A stretch of 64,000 nt of DNA from Carpediemonas membranifera BICM. Its lineage: Eukaryota; Protista; Fornicata. Numbering within the stretch: position 1 is the first letter of the stretch; every line of letters starts with the position of its first letter. Under the pieces are notes generated by a model. The model made no database searches. It was not told where the DNA came from and saw nothing but the letters and a program-made list of their open reading frames with translations. The stretch covers positions 404,834 to 468,833 of the forward strand of contig JAHDYR010000024.1 in the NCBI GenBank assembly GCA_019828565.1, in the 5' to 3' direction. Positions 62,785-64,000 of this stretch are shown here, piece by piece. Position numbers and translations under genes: made by a program.

Positions 62785-64000
62785 TTATTTAGTGGGCGCC
62801 GTCGTCATCTGCTTGAGGGCCCGGCGGGCTGCAGGGTTGCTCGTCAGCGTCTTGGCGTTCACAGGCCGCAGCTTCGTCTTGGACAACACCCGCCGCAGCT
62901 CGATGACGGCCGCGCGGTTCGTACTATCGAGCCTGGCTTCCCGGACGGCGGTAGCCTCATCGATATCAGCCTCGTCGACGTCCAGGGCCGCCTTGGCTTT
63001 CCGTTCGAACCGGCGGCCGCGTCCGTCAGCGGACTTGGCGAGCAGCCGCTTGGCCAGCTCCGACGCCATGTCCCCGAGCTGTCGTACTGACGGCATGAGC
63101 ATGGAGTCGACGTCGAGCTCCTTGACCGCCTTGGCCCTGAGCCCGCTGACGATGGTGCCGAACTCCGTCCTGTCATTGCCGTTGATGTTCACCAGCGCCA
63201 CAACAAGGCCCTTGGCGTGAGCTCTACCGGCCCTGCCCGACCGATGGGCGAACGTCTCGGCGCTGTCAGGAAGATGGTAGTGGATGACAGTGTCAATGCC
63301 AGGGTCGTCGATGCCGCGGGCAGCCACGTCCACCGCGACGAGAACAGACCCGCCCGGGGCCGCCTTGAACTTCTCCAGGGCGCCGTACCTGGCTTTCTGA
63401 GCCATGTCGCCGTAGAGCTGGTACACGGGGATCGAGAGCTCCTTCAGGGCCGTGGCAAGGTGGTTGCATGTGGCAAGCGAGTTGACGAAGACGACGATGC
63501 GCCCGTCGGGGGTGCAGTACTCGCCGCCCGCCAGCCCGAGGTTGTCGCAGACCCGGTGCCTGTATACGATGTAGAGCAGGTAGCCGAGCTTATCAGCGTC
63601 ACTGGCACACTTAATCTTGGTCAGATGGAGTCCGGGAGCCAGCTGGGCGGCGTCGCTCGTCCTCGCATCTCCAGTGAGGTCCACCATCGTAACCGTTCGA
63701 ACGGGAAGCCGGGCCCTGAGCGTCGATACGGCGTCCTTGGCCTTCTTATTGCGGCGACCGGTCGCGCCCATCGTCATCGTGGCGGAGAAGGCGGAAACTT
63801 GCCGGTGACCGGGGCATGCCTGGACTCTCTCAACCAGACGGCCCACGTCGGTCTCTGGAAAGGCCGAGGCAGACCCGGATAGAAGCTTGTCGGCCTCGTC
63901 GAACACCACGAACCTTGCGGCGGGCAGCATGGCCAGGGCCGTGACGTCTGACCTAGTCTCGATGAGGTCGGCTAGGCGGCCGGGCGTGGCGATGATGATG
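62785..64000 (-). CDS. DEAD-box RNA helicase (DDX24/MAK5-like), 5' end beyond the window
   Basis: IIATPGRL, VFDEADKLL, FSAT, DVAARGID and HRSGRAGRA. Confidence 0.9.
   Translation of the reverse strand, partial: IIIATPGRLADLIETRSDVTALAMLPAARFVVFDEADKLLSGSASAFPETDVGRLVERVQACPGHRQVSAFSATMTMGATGRRNKKAKDAVSTLRARLPVRTVTMVDLTGDARTSDAAQLAPGLHLTKIKCASDADKLGYLLYIVYRHRVCDNLGLAGGEYCTPDGRIVVFVNSLATCNHLATALKELSIPVYQLYGDMAQKARYGALEKFKAAPGGSVLVAVDVAARGIDDPGIDTVIHYHLPDSAETFAHRSGRAGRAHAKGLVVALVNINGNDRTEFGTIVSGLRAKAVKELDVDSMLMPSVRQLGDMASELAKRLLAKSADGRGRRFERKAKAALDVDEADIDEATAVREARLDSTNRAAVIELRRVLSKTKLRPVNAKTLTSNPAARRALKQMTTAPTK

Overview
Very compact, GC-rich eukaryotic (protist) chromosomal DNA with about 35 protein genes, often separated by only tens of bases. 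Ultrashort spliceosomal introns (six of nine are exactly 28 nt, with the branch point fused to the 3' splice site), a bacterial-type NADP-GDH, a presequence-bearing Grx5, flagellar proteins and divergent RCC1-like paralogues suggest a free-living fornicate metamonad such as Carpediemonas. This taxon call is inference, not a search result. Housekeeping genes: GDH, MORN3-like, PPIH-like, Grx5, a giant TPR/IQ protein, BLTP1/Csf1, a BCD1-like zf-HIT protein, Vip1/PPIP5K, DUS3, a DOLPP1-like PAP2, an STPG/SHIPPO protein, CAP, DPM1, eL43, RPB7, GlnRS, Vta1, a kinesin, a CC2D1-like protein and a DEAD-box helicase. Most notable observations: (1) many intergenic gaps, and the single long intron, can fold into multi-helix structures, several rich in G-U pairs on one strand (best case a ~290-nt rod at 5285-5571). 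(2) A near-identical tandem array H3-kinase-H3-kinase-H3 couples an unusual histone H3 (no S10/T11, K79Q, K115Q) carrying a histone-type 6-bp/4-nt 3' stem-loop to a bacterial-type small-molecule kinase. (3) Vip1 has a tandem pseudo-phosphatase plus phosphatase. (4) There are bacterial-looking acquisitions: a multi-PAS histidine kinase with no receiver domain, and a GNAT with an N-myristoylation-like motif. All structures and family calls were made by eye and need computational confirmation.
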